From assembly GCA_016192455.1 (NCBI GenBank), contig JACPUC010000012.1, positions 62,001 through 126,000 of the forward strand: 64,000 nt of DNA, in the 5' to 3' direction. Of the stretch, positions 45,701-54,626 are shown piece by piece. The notes beneath the pieces are model-generated. The model had not been told where the DNA came from and did no database searches. It saw only the letters and a program-made list of their open reading frames with translations. This stretch comes from Candidatus Tectimicrobiota bacterium. GTDB lineage: Bacteria; JACPUC01. Position numbers and translations under genes: made by a program. The first letter of the stretch is position 1; the number at the start of each line of letters is the position of its first letter.

Positions 45701-46690
45701 GTGCACCTCACCGCTGCGATGGTGAAGAAGGCGGCGCGCGAGGCGGGCGCCGATGACGTGGGCATCTGCAAGGTGGAGACGCTCGAAACGTTCCCGCCGA
45801 ACCCCCAGGCGCCGCAGGTGCCGTCGCGCACGAGCACGAAGTTCAAGAGCGCCGTGGTGCTCCTCGTGCGCATGGCAGTCGGCGAATTCCGCGCCAAGAA
45901 CAAGCTCTGCATCATGCACGTCAGCCAGATGGCCCTGCGCCGCATGGACCGGGCGGCGAACCGCCTCATCCGCTTCCTCGAGCGGCAGGGCTACCCCGCC
46001 TTGCAGACGGCGGCGCAGGAGACCGCCTGGGACCTCAAGGGGGGAAGCTACGGGCTGCTGTCGACGCGCCACGTGGCGGTGGAGGCCGGCCTCGGCAACC
46101 TGGGGCTGGAGATGAACCTCCTGCACCCGCGCTTCGGGCCGCGCTGCGACGTCACCGTCGTGCTTACCGACGCGGACCTCGAGGCCGATCAACGCATGAC
46201 CGAGACCCTCTGCATCGGCGAGTCGTGCGGCCGCTGCCTCCTCGCCTGCCCGCCGGACGCCGTGCTGCACTGGAACCTCGACAAGCGGCGCTGCGCCACC
46301 TACGCCCAGCCCCTCGGCATCTCCGGCCTCTTCCGTTACTTCCGCGAGGCCCTGCGCGCCGAGACGCCGCAGAAGAGCTGGGAGTACCTCAGCGCGCCGG
46401 CCTTCTACGACAAGTGGAAGAGCCTGCACTGGCAGATCGGCGCCTTCGCGAGCTGTCCCCGCTGCATCGAGGTCTGCCCCGTCGGCGACGACTACCTCCC
46501 CCACCTGGCGGACCGCCATCGCACGATCGAAGAGAAGACGGACGACAAGGTGGTGAAGCTGAAGCTCTACCGCGACGCCCGCAAGCACAACGAGCCGATC
46601 CCCGGACTCGATCCCTGGCGCCTGCGCTGGATCGGCGAGGAGGGCTACAAGCCGAAGAAGAAGGAGAAGGCAACGAGCCGCGAAGCGTAA
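45701..46690 (+). CDS. Epoxyqueuosine reductase/reductive dehalogenase-like protein (paralog 2)
   Basis: GADDVGI, RHVAVEAGLG, HPRFGPR; same Cys spacing as paralog 1. Confidence 0.8.
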   Translation: MHLTAAMVKKAAREAGADDVGICKVETLETFPPNPQAPQVPSRTSTKFKSAVVLLVRMAVGEFRAKNKLCIMHVSQMALRRMDRAANRLIRFLERQGYPALQTAAQETAWDLKGGSYGLLSTRHVAVEAGLGNLGLEMNLLHPRFGPRCDVTVVLTDADLEADQRMTETLCIGESCGRCLLACPPDAVLHWNLDKRRCATYAQPLGISGLFRYFREALRAETPQKSWEYLSAPAFYDKWKSLHWQIGAFASCPRCIEVCPVGDDYLPHLADRHRTIEEKTDDKVVKLKLYRDARKHNEPIPGLDPWRLRWIGEEGYKPKKKEKATSREA

Positions 46691-47047
46691 CCGGGGCCGC
46701 TCACCTTCGCTTCGGCGCACAGGACCTGGCTGCTCGTCTGAGCGCCGCCGCGGCGCTACGACCTCGCCTTCTCTCTCCCCCCTGCCTCCGCCCCCCTTAG
46801 CCGCGCACCGCCCGCCACCCCTTGACGCTGCGCTTTCTGTAGCCCTGCCCGCGCAAGTAAGGTATGATAGCAACCAGGGTTTGCCCCAGGAGGTGACCAG
46901 GGGAGGCGCGCCACCTCTCGCGACATGCTGACGTGGTCACTCCGGGAGGCTTCCCGCCGCCGGACCTCGTCGCCTGGCGTGCCGCGCGCGCGGCGCCGGC
47001 GGCCGCCGCTCTTTCCGCGTTCCCCACTCGGATCTGGGGGTGCCATC

Positions 47048-48082
47048 ATGTTGCCAGATGTCTCAGCAGAGCGCTTGGTCGCGATCGGGCGCCGGATGCT
47101 CCTCATCCGACGATTCGAGGAGCGCCTTATCACGCTCTTCCAAGACAAAGTCTTCGTCGGCCACTACCACGTCTACATCGGCCAGGAGGCCACCGGCGTG
47201 CCGGCCATCGCGCAGTTGCGCCCCGATGACTTCCTCTTCTCGACGCACCGCAACCACGGCCATAACCTGGCGCGCGGCGTTGACCCGAAGATGCTGCTGG
47301 CGGAGATCCTTGGGCGCGTCGGAGGGATGAGCCGGGGCAAGGCCGGCACCCTGCACCTGAGCGATCCGCAGCGCGGCATCTTCCACACCTCGGCGGTGGT
47401 CGGCGGCTCGATGCCGCTGGCGACCGGCGCCGCCCTGGCGGGGAAGCAGCTTGGCAAGCAGCAGGTGAGCGTCTGCCTCTTCGGCGATGGCGCCCTCGAG
47501 GAGGGAGCCGCCTACGAGGCGATGAACCTCGCCTCGCTCTGGAAGGTGCCGATCATCTTCATCTGCGAAAATAACTGCCTGGAGGCGCGCGAGGACATCC
47601 CCGGCGCCTGGCATACCACCTGCCTCACCACCCAGCGCCTCATCGACATCGCCGCGGCCCTTGGACACTCCACCGCGGCCATCGACGGCGGCGACGTGGG
47701 CGCGATGTGGTCGGCCATGTCGCAGGCGCTCGATCGAGTGCGCGGCGGCGAAGGCCCCTGCTTCATCGAAGCCGCCACCATCCGCTGGCCCGGCAACTTC
47801 GGCTTGTGGCCGGAGCTGCCGATGGGGCTGACGAATTTGGCCTGGGTCTGGGGCGCCGGCGAGGGCCCGGCAGCGTACGAGGGCTGGTTCCGCGAGCAGG
47901 ACCCCCTGCTGCGCTACCTGCGCGAGCTGCAGGCCGCCGGGATCGCCGATCGCGACACCATCTTGGCGTGGGATGAGGCGGTGAGGAAGGAGGTCGACGC
48001 GGCAGCGCAGTTCGCCCTCGGCAGTCCCTCACCCGAGCCGGCCGAAGCCCGGCGGCATGTCTTTGTGGAGGCCGGACGATGA
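47048..48082 (+). CDS. TPP-dependent dehydrogenase E1 alpha subunit-like
   Basis: HVYIGQEA, THRNHGH, GDGALEEG...ENN TPP motif. Confidence 0.9.
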   Translation: MLPDVSAERLVAIGRRMLLIRRFEERLITLFQDKVFVGHYHVYIGQEATGVPAIAQLRPDDFLFSTHRNHGHNLARGVDPKMLLAEILGRVGGMSRGKAGTLHLSDPQRGIFHTSAVVGGSMPLATGAALAGKQLGKQQVSVCLFGDGALEEGAAYEAMNLASLWKVPIIFICENNCLEAREDIPGAWHTTCLTTQRLIDIAAALGHSTAAIDGGDVGAMWSAMSQALDRVRGGEGPCFIEAATIRWPGNFGLWPELPMGLTNLAWVWGAGEGPAAYEGWFREQDPLLRYLRELQAAGIADRDTILAWDEAVRKEVDAAAQFALGSPSPEPAEARRHVFVEAGR

Positions 48083-49056
48083 GCGAAATGACTTACGCCG
48101 AGGCCAAGGCGGCTGCACTGCGGCAGGTTCTGGAAGAGGATGAGCGCGTCACCCTCATCGGTTCCTCCTTTTTCGGGTTGAGCCCTTTTCGGCGCCTCAC
48201 CGATAGCCTGCCGGCGGAATACCCGACGCGCGTCTACAAGATTCCCATCGCCGAACTGGGCGCCTGCGGCTGCGGGGTGGGGGCGGCAATGGCGGGGCTG
48301 CGTCCCATCGTGGACATCTCCACCGCCAGCTTCATTTTCGAAGCCTGGCCGCAGGTGGTGAACGAAGCCCCGCACGTGCACTACATGTCCGGCGGCCGCG
48401 CCCGGGCGCCGGTGGTCTTCCATGTCCTCCACGGCCTGCGCGGCGGCGGCGCGGCGCAGCACTCGCACAGCCCCCAGTCGATGCTCTGGAACACGCCGGG
48501 GCTGGAGATCGTGCTGCCGGCCTCGCCGGCCGACGTCAAGGGTCTGCTGATCAGCTCCGTGCGCAGCGATAACCCCACGGTCTTCCTGGATCAGCCGGTG
48601 CTCTTCGGCATGCGGGGCGAGGTGCCGGAGGGGGATGCCGCCATTCCCCTCGGCAAGGCCGAGGTCAAACGAGCGGGCAAGGATGTCACGGTGGTGGCCA
48701 CCTCGGCGGCGGTGCAGCAGTGCCTGAAGATTGCCGCGGCGTTGGCCGGCGAAGGGATCGACGTCGAGGTCGTGGACCCGCGCACCCTCGTCCCCTTCGA
48801 CGCGGAGACGATCTACGCCTCGGTCGGCAAGACCGGGCGGCTCGTCATCGTTGATGAGACGCACCAAAGCTGCGGCGTCGCCAGTGAGATCGCCGCGCGC
48901 GTCGCGGAGGAGGCCTTCGACGCCCTGCGCGGGCCGATCCGGCGGGTCTGCACGGAGGATGTGCCCATCCCCTTCGCGCCGGTGCTGGAGACGGCGATCA
49001 GCCCGAACGAGGAGAAGATCATCCGGGCCATCAAGCTGGCGGTGGGCGCCGCGTAG
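48079..49056 (+). CDS. TPP-dependent dehydrogenase E1 beta subunit-like
   Basis: PIAELG, GLRPIV, AAQHSHS, DPRTLVP, SVGKTGRL; ATGA coupling with alpha. Confidence 0.9.
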   Translation: MSEMTYAEAKAAALRQVLEEDERVTLIGSSFFGLSPFRRLTDSLPAEYPTRVYKIPIAELGACGCGVGAAMAGLRPIVDISTASFIFEAWPQVVNEAPHVHYMSGGRARAPVVFHVLHGLRGGGAAQHSHSPQSMLWNTPGLEIVLPASPADVKGLLISSVRSDNPTVFLDQPVLFGMRGEVPEGDAAIPLGKAEVKRAGKDVTVVATSAAVQQCLKIAAALAGEGIDVEVVDPRTLVPFDAETIYASVGKTGRLVIVDETHQSCGVASEIAARVAEEAFDALRGPIRRVCTEDVPIPFAPVLETAISPNEEKIIRAIKLAVGAA

Positions 49057-49312
49057 CAGGCTGGGGAGGTGGCCCGTCGGCTGGGAGAGAGCCTTGCCCA
49101 CGTGAAGTGGTCGGTGCCGGTCCATTCAGGTGGTGCATCCAGGCCGAAGCTTCCTGCTACGCTCGCCAGGTTCACGAAGGTTGCTCGAAGCGCACAATGT
49201 CAACCTACAAGGCTTGACCCTACGTATGCGCACACTGGGGTGACGCTTCGCTGGTTTCGAACACGTAACCGAAGGCGTTGAAGTCCTAGAGGCGATGGAG
49301 TAGGAGTCTTCA

Positions 49313-49765
49313 ATGAAGAAAATCAAAGATGTCATGACAGACAGGCCCATAGTAATCAATAGCAATGCTACAGTCTTGGAAGCGCTAAAGCTCATGAGCA
49401 GCGCTGGCGAGATTCGGCACCTTCCGGTCATGGATGGGCAACAACTCGTTGGCATCGTTACGTCACGAGATCTGAAATCCTATGTCGGTCACTGGTCCAG
49501 CATGTCTATAGATGGGCTCTTAAAAAAGGAGCGTCTGGATCGTCCGATCTCGCGCTTGATGACGAGGAATGTAACAACGGTATCGCCCGAGGACTCTGTT
49601 GTCAAAGCAACCAAACTTTTTGGCAGTAAAAAGATTGGAGCGCTGCCTGTTATTGAAGATGGGAAGCTCGTCGGCATCATCAGCTATGTCGATCTCCTGA
49701 ATCGTTTCATCGTGCCTTCTATTTTAGAGACACAAGAGAAGAACCCGGAAACCAAGGAGGGGTGA
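49313..49765 (+). CDS. Stand-alone CBS-pair protein (AcuB-like) in a low-GC patch
   Basis: IRHLPV...LVGIVT and IGALPV...LVGII; AGGAG RBS; AT-rich codon usage. Confidence 0.88.
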   Translation: MKKIKDVMTDRPIVINSNATVLEALKLMSSAGEIRHLPVMDGQQLVGIVTSRDLKSYVGHWSSMSIDGLLKKERLDRPISRLMTRNVTTVSPEDSVVKATKLFGSKKIGALPVIEDGKLVGIISYVDLLNRFIVPSILETQEKNPETKEG

Positions 49766-50205
49766 TGCGCGCGTTCAGTAAGAGGAAGTTGAGCTGGGCG
49801 ATTATTGTGATGGTTTGGAGAATGAAAAGGAGTCAAATCTTCTCTTAGTTGGGCAGCAACCCGTTCTCTCACACTGACACGTAGCTTCTTTGTCAGCCCC
49901 TATTTTGATCGCATCGGATCGCACCCTCTTCTCCCACTCCAGAGATTCAAACGCCAAAGCACGCAGCAGTTACTCGCACGGTCAGGTCGTAGAAACGCTG
50001 CTCGAAAAGCATCGTGACCTTCCTCGGCGCATTTCCTGGAAATTGAATGCAAAGCGGGCAAGCCCGAAGGGCGCCAAAAGGCGCCCGGGGAGAACTTCGT
50101 GTCACTATCGAGACTGAGATTAAGACCCAGCCTTCGCAGCCGTTTGGGCCAGAGGAACTTCTTCAAAGTTTCAGTTTCCAGTTGCCTATGGCGTAATGGG
50201 ACAAC

Positions 50206-51495
50206 TCATGAACCGCGTGCTGCCGCGGCAGCGGTGGCGGCGGCCGCCACCGGGAGGATGGGGCTGACGGTGAAGCGCAGGGCGCGGTGGGCTTGGCGCA
50301 GAGCCTGCTCGACCTGCTGCGGCGAGTCGCCGCGGGCGAAGATGAAGCCGAGGTAGCTCCCCCCCTCCGGCAGCGGCAGGAGCGCCTGCGAGCTCTTCGC
50401 GGTGATGGTCACCTCGTCAATGCCGTCGACGGCGCGGGCGGCCTCAATCCCCTCCACCCGCTCGTAGATGCCGGGCCGTTCAATCGGCAGCATCATCACC
50501 CCGACGGCCCGATCCTCCCGCCGCGGCTCGATCTCCAGGCCGAGGGCGTGGCGGATGATGAGCTCCTCCAACGACATGCCGGTGCCGAAGCGCAGGGTGC
50601 GCGAGCAGAGTCCACCGATGGCGCGCGCGGCGATCTCGAGGATGCGCGGCCCCTGCGGCGTCAGGCGCAGCTCGGCGTGAATCGGTCCGCGCACGAGCCC
50701 CAGGGCGCGGCAGGCGCGGTCGACCTCCTTGACCATGGCGGCCTGCGTGGCCGCGTCTTCGCGTGACGGCGTGACGAAGAGCGTCTCCTCGAAGAACGGC
50801 CCCTCGAGCGGGTCGGGCTTGTCGAAGATCGCCAGGACGCGCAGCACGCCGTTGTCCAGCAACCCCTCCAGCGTCGCCTCGCGCCCCTCAAGGTAGCCCT
50901 CGACGAGAATCCAGTCGTCCGCCTCATCGCGCCGCACGCGCACCTCCGCGGTCCGCAGGAGCGCCGCAACGCGGCGGAAGGCGACGACGAACTCCGCCGG
51001 CCCGCCGGCCCGCACCACCCCGCGGCTGGCGGAGAGCGCCAACGGCTTCAGCACGCAGGGGTAGGCCACCTGGCGCGCGGCGTCCGCCGCATCGGCGTCC
51101 AGGGGGAAGCGCGCGAACGGCGGCACGCTCACGCCCGCGGCGCGCAGGAGCCGGCGCGCCAGGTACTTGTTGCGGCAGGCCGCGGCCGCGGTACTCGGGT
51201 TGTGGGGCAAGCCGAGCCGGGCGCTGGCCAGCGCCGCCGTGCGCACCGGCAGGTCGCCCACCGCCACGATGCCGTGGATGGGATGCTCGCGGGCGTACCG
51301 TTCGATGACGCGCGCCGCCGTCCGCGGTTGGTTGAACCGCAGCGCCAGGGCGCCATCGTGCCAGGGGTCGTCGAGGGAGTGGCAATGATCGGTGCCGAGG
51401 GTCACCGCCACGCCGAGCCGCTGGGCGGCGGCGGCGAAGTCGCGTCCCTCGTACCCCGTCGTGGCGAAGAGGAGGAGGAGCCGTTTCTCATCCAT
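50206..51495 (-). CDS. ATP-grasp protein, L-amino-acid-ligase-like
   Basis: CRNKY, YPCVLKP..LSASRGV, LVEGYLEG, HAELR, ILEIAAR..GG, C-terminal YLGFIFARG segment. Confidence 0.88.
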   Translation of the reverse strand: MDEKRLLLLFATTGYEGRDFAAAAQRLGVAVTLGTDHCHSLDDPWHDGALALRFNQPRTAARVIERYAREHPIHGIVAVGDLPVRTAALASARLGLPHNPSTAAAACRNKYLARRLLRAAGVSVPPFARFPLDADAADAARQVAYPCVLKPLALSASRGVVRAGGPAEFVVAFRRVAALLRTAEVRVRRDEADDWILVEGYLEGREATLEGLLDNGVLRVLAIFDKPDPLEGPFFEETLFVTPSREDAATQAAMVKEVDRACRALGLVRGPIHAELRLTPQGPRILEIAARAIGGLCSRTLRFGTGMSLEELIIRHALGLEIEPRREDRAVGVMMLPIERPGIYERVEGIEAARAVDGIDEVTITAKSSQALLPLPEGGSYLGFIFARGDSPQQVEQALRQAHRALRFTVSPILPVAAAATAAAAARGS

Positions 51496-51618
51496 GGCGC
51501 CGATCTTCCCGCGGGAACGTGAGGTCATCCTGATTGAGCCGGCAGCCATGCTACCCCGGCGCACCTAGGCCTCGGGCGTACCCGATCATCCCTCTGCTGC
51601 CAGTCGATCTCTACGCGG

Positions 51619-53034
51619 TTACAGGAGAGCTACCTGCTCTTCGGTCGGTTCAGCTCAGCAGTACCAGGGCTCGTTCAGGAAGGGGATGCCCTGCCTCAGC
51701 GTGCCGCGCATCGCCAGCGACGGCGGCGTCCGCCCCGCCGCCTCGTGGGCCGCCTGCCAGAGCTGCGCAAAGAGCCGCCGCCGCGTCAGGCCCTGCTGCT
51801 CCCCCTCCTTGACGAGCGCCTGCAGGGTCCAGCAGAGCGTATCCAGGCGGGGATCGCTGTGCGACCAGGGGTAGGAGAGGGAGTCGGGAGCAAAGTCGCC
51901 GACCAGGCGCTGCACCTCCTGCAGCTCCAACAGCCGCGACCCGGCAGGGAGGAGGAGACGCATGGCGAGCTGGATGGGCGCCACGTTCTCGACCAGGTCG
52001 AGCTCGACGAGCACCCGCAGGAGCTCCAGGTAGGTCTCGAAGGTCGTCCAGGGCGAGAAGGGAACGAAGGTCGGCGCCAGCGTCACCCCCGCCTCGCGGC
52101 AGCGCGCCGCCACGCGGTGGAAATCGTCGCGCGTATGCCCCTTGTCGAGGAGGCGGAGGAAACGATCATCGACCGACTCGACGGCGCTGGTCACGAAAGC
52201 GCAGCCGGTGCGGCGCAGCGTTTCGAGGTGCTCCGCATGCCGCAGCAGGTGCTGCACCTTGATCGTCACATCGTAGGTGAGGGCGGGGAACTCGTCGTGC
52301 AGCGCTTCCACCAGGGCCAGCGCGTGCCGCACGCCGTTGAAGAAGTCGGGATCGCCGAAAGTGAGGTGCCGCGCCCCCGCCGCCACCTGCTGCCGGATGT
52401 CGGCCAGGACCACCTGGCGCTGCACGATGCGGAACTGTCCGTTGTAGACGGGCACGATGGGGCAATGCCGGCAGCGGTGCTTGCAGCCGCGGCTCGCCTC
52501 GGTGTAGCCGGCGAGGCGCGTCTCGCCATCGGGGAGGAGGAGCTGGGCGTAGCGATGCAGGGGGGGCAGCCCACGGCGCTCGGGCACCTTGAAGGGGAGC
52601 TTGTCGAGGGAGATGACCGGCTCGCCCTGCGATTGGTCGCGGCGCGCGGCGCCCGGGGAGGCGCCGGCGAGACGCAGGCGCTCCACCATGCGCACCAGGC
52701 CGGGTTCGAACTCGCCGCCCAGGATGGTCTGCGCCCCGAGCCGCCTGAGGTACGCCTCGTTCATCGGCGCGTAGAGTCCGTAGAAGCAGAGGTGCGCGCG
52801 GGGATTGAGTTGCCTCACCCTGTCGAGCAGGCGCGCCGCCAGCTTGGTGGCGGTGTGCATCGGCACGTAGAAGGCCACCGCATCGGCACAACTCACCTCG
52901 TCCTCGCGCAGCGGCTCCTTCGCCAAGTCCTGGCAGGAGACGGCGACGCCCGCCTGCGTCAGCCACGCCGCGGGCGAGGCGAGGCCGAAGGGCTGGCGGC
53001 CGAGGTCGTAGGTGGAGATGAGGACAACCCGCAT
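51619..53034 (-). CDS. CUAEP-tail radical SAM selenoprotein (B12-binding-like N-domain); in-frame TGA at 51655-51657 read as Sec
   Basis: SRGCKHRCRHC motif. Past the TGA the frame continues AEPTEEQVALL-TAA, giving ...EPWYC-U-AEP...; SECIS-like hairpin follows. Confidence 0.88.
51626..51640 (-). promoter_or_regulatory. Putative bacterial SECIS hairpin
   Basis: mRNA reads UGA-N14-AGAGC-AGGUA-GCUCU, with apical GGU about 21-23 nt after the UGA. Shares GCAGGU with the E. coli fdhF SECIS as I recall it. Confidence 0.6.
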
Positions 53035-53106
53035 GGGATCGGACGTTTCTGAACGGCGCTCGGGTGAGCCTAATGAGGGATGGGAGGCCGGCCTCGCGGC
53101 GCCGGC

Positions 53107-53412
53107 TTACATCTTGCCTTGCGGCGGCACATAGCCCGGCGGCAACGCGGCATCCTCGCCAAAGAAGAACTCTTCCATCTGAGAGAGGATGAGCTCGTCC
53201 GATTCAGGCTCCGACGGCGTGAGCCGATACTCATTGATGACCATGATGAGGAACTCCTTCCACATCTCCCACGCCCGCTGCGAGACGTTCTCGTAGATGC
53301 GCGCGGCCAGCTCTTCCGGAGCCATCAGCTTGACGATCTCGTAGGTCGTCTCATCAATGCCGGGGAGCTCTTCTGACAGCTTGATGCACTTCACCATGCG
53401 CGGCTCGGCCAT
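53107..53412 (-). CDS. yggX: Fe(II)-trafficking / oxidative damage protection protein (YggX-like)
   Basis: RMVKCIKL...RIYENVSQRAWEMW..MVINEYRL...GYVPP. Confidence 0.88.
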   Translation of the reverse strand: MAEPRMVKCIKLSEELPGIDETTYEIVKLMAPEELAARIYENVSQRAWEMWKEFLIMVINEYRLTPSEPESDELILSQMEEFFFGEDAALPPGYVPPQGKM

Positions 53413-53544
53413 ACCGTGTCTCCTTGTGGCGAAACCCTTGCGCCAACGACCATGCGAAGGCGGCCCATCCTGAGCTTCAGTATAGTACACGAGCGGGGGG
53501 GAACAAGCGCTTCTGCCGCCGCGATGTCGCGCCGCCCCGCCCCC

Positions 53545-54405
53545 TCAGCGGAAGAGCGTCACCAGGCTGGCGCCCAGCACGATCAGGCAGGTGGCGGCGA
53601 CCACCCGCGTCGTGATGAACTCGCTGTCGCGCAGCAGCAGGAGGCTGAGGACCATCGAGAAGAGCGGCGCGGTGTTCATGAGGGTGGTCACCACGATGAT
53701 GTTGCCGAGCTGCAAGGACTTGAAATTGGCGTAGACCGCGACCAGGGAGAAGACGCCGGCGCCGCTGAAATGCAGGAGACTCCGCCTGTCGCCGACGAGA
53801 CCGCGGCCGTGGCTGCGCAGCAGGGAGACGCCGACGAGGCAGAGCATGCCGCTCGTGATGGTGATCGCCGCGCCGGCCATGGCATGCGGGTAGAGCTGCA
53901 GGCCAAGCTGGCGGAGATTGACCGACACGCCGAAGGTCAGGGCCGAGAGAATCGGGAAGAGGAAGGCCGCCCGTTGCCTCCGGCCTTCCTCGCGTGGCGC
54001 CGTGAGCAGCGCCACGCCACCCACGCAGACGAGGGTCCCGAGCACCAGCGGCAGCCGCGCCGGCTCGCCGAACGCCGCGATGGCGACCAGCATGGTCACG
54101 ATCGGCATGGTGGCGATCACCGGGTGGGCGCGCGTGACGCCCAGCCGGGCGATGCCAAGGAAGCCGAAGTACCTCCCCAGCGCCGGCGAGAGCAACCCGG
54201 CGAGGATGAAGATGACGAGGGCCTTGGCGGGGATGCTGTCGATCCCACCCGTCCCCAGGAGGATCGACCAGTAGACGAGAATGTTCACGAAGGTGGAGAT
54301 GACCGTTGCGGAGATCGGTGAGGCGGTGCGCATGCCCCACTTGGCGAAGATGTTGCTGGCGCCGAACCCGAAGGCGCTGAGCAGGGCGAAGGCCACCGCG
54401 AGCAT
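53545..54405 (-). CDS. DMT/EamA family transporter
   Basis: About 10 TM helices in two repeats; start taken at MLAVAF. Confidence 0.85.
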   Translation of the reverse strand: MLAVAFALLSAFGFGASNIFAKWGMRTASPISATVISTFVNILVYWSILLGTGGIDSIPAKALVIFILAGLLSPALGRYFGFLGIARLGVTRAHPVIATMPIVTMLVAIAAFGEPARLPLVLGTLVCVGGVALLTAPREEGRRQRAAFLFPILSALTFGVSVNLRQLGLQLYPHAMAGAAITITSGMLCLVGVSLLRSHGRGLVGDRRSLLHFSGAGVFSLVAVYANFKSLQLGNIIVVTTLMNTAPLFSMVLSLLLLRDSEFITTRVVAATCLIVLGASLVTLFR

Positions 54406-54626
54406 GGTTGCCTCGACAGCGGAGAGCAGGGTGCGGCGCCGAGCGAGGCCGCGGAGGCGCCCGCGCGGCCGCCGGGCAGGCGAGCGCCGGTGGACCGCCG
54501 CGAAGTTTCGCGCCATACTTCCGGCCGGCGTTGCCGGCGACGGCCCCTGAAGGGGATCGGGGCGCCCCCCACCGGGCCGGGCAGCTCCGCAGGCCCGCCC
54601 GCCGCCCTCGGCCGCGAGGAGGTACG

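Noticed and set aside
44662-46690. Calling these genes queG or respiratory rdhA
   Set aside because: They are duplicated, lack a Tat signal and RdhB, and have atypical Cys spacing and catabolic context; only the fold-level call is supportable.
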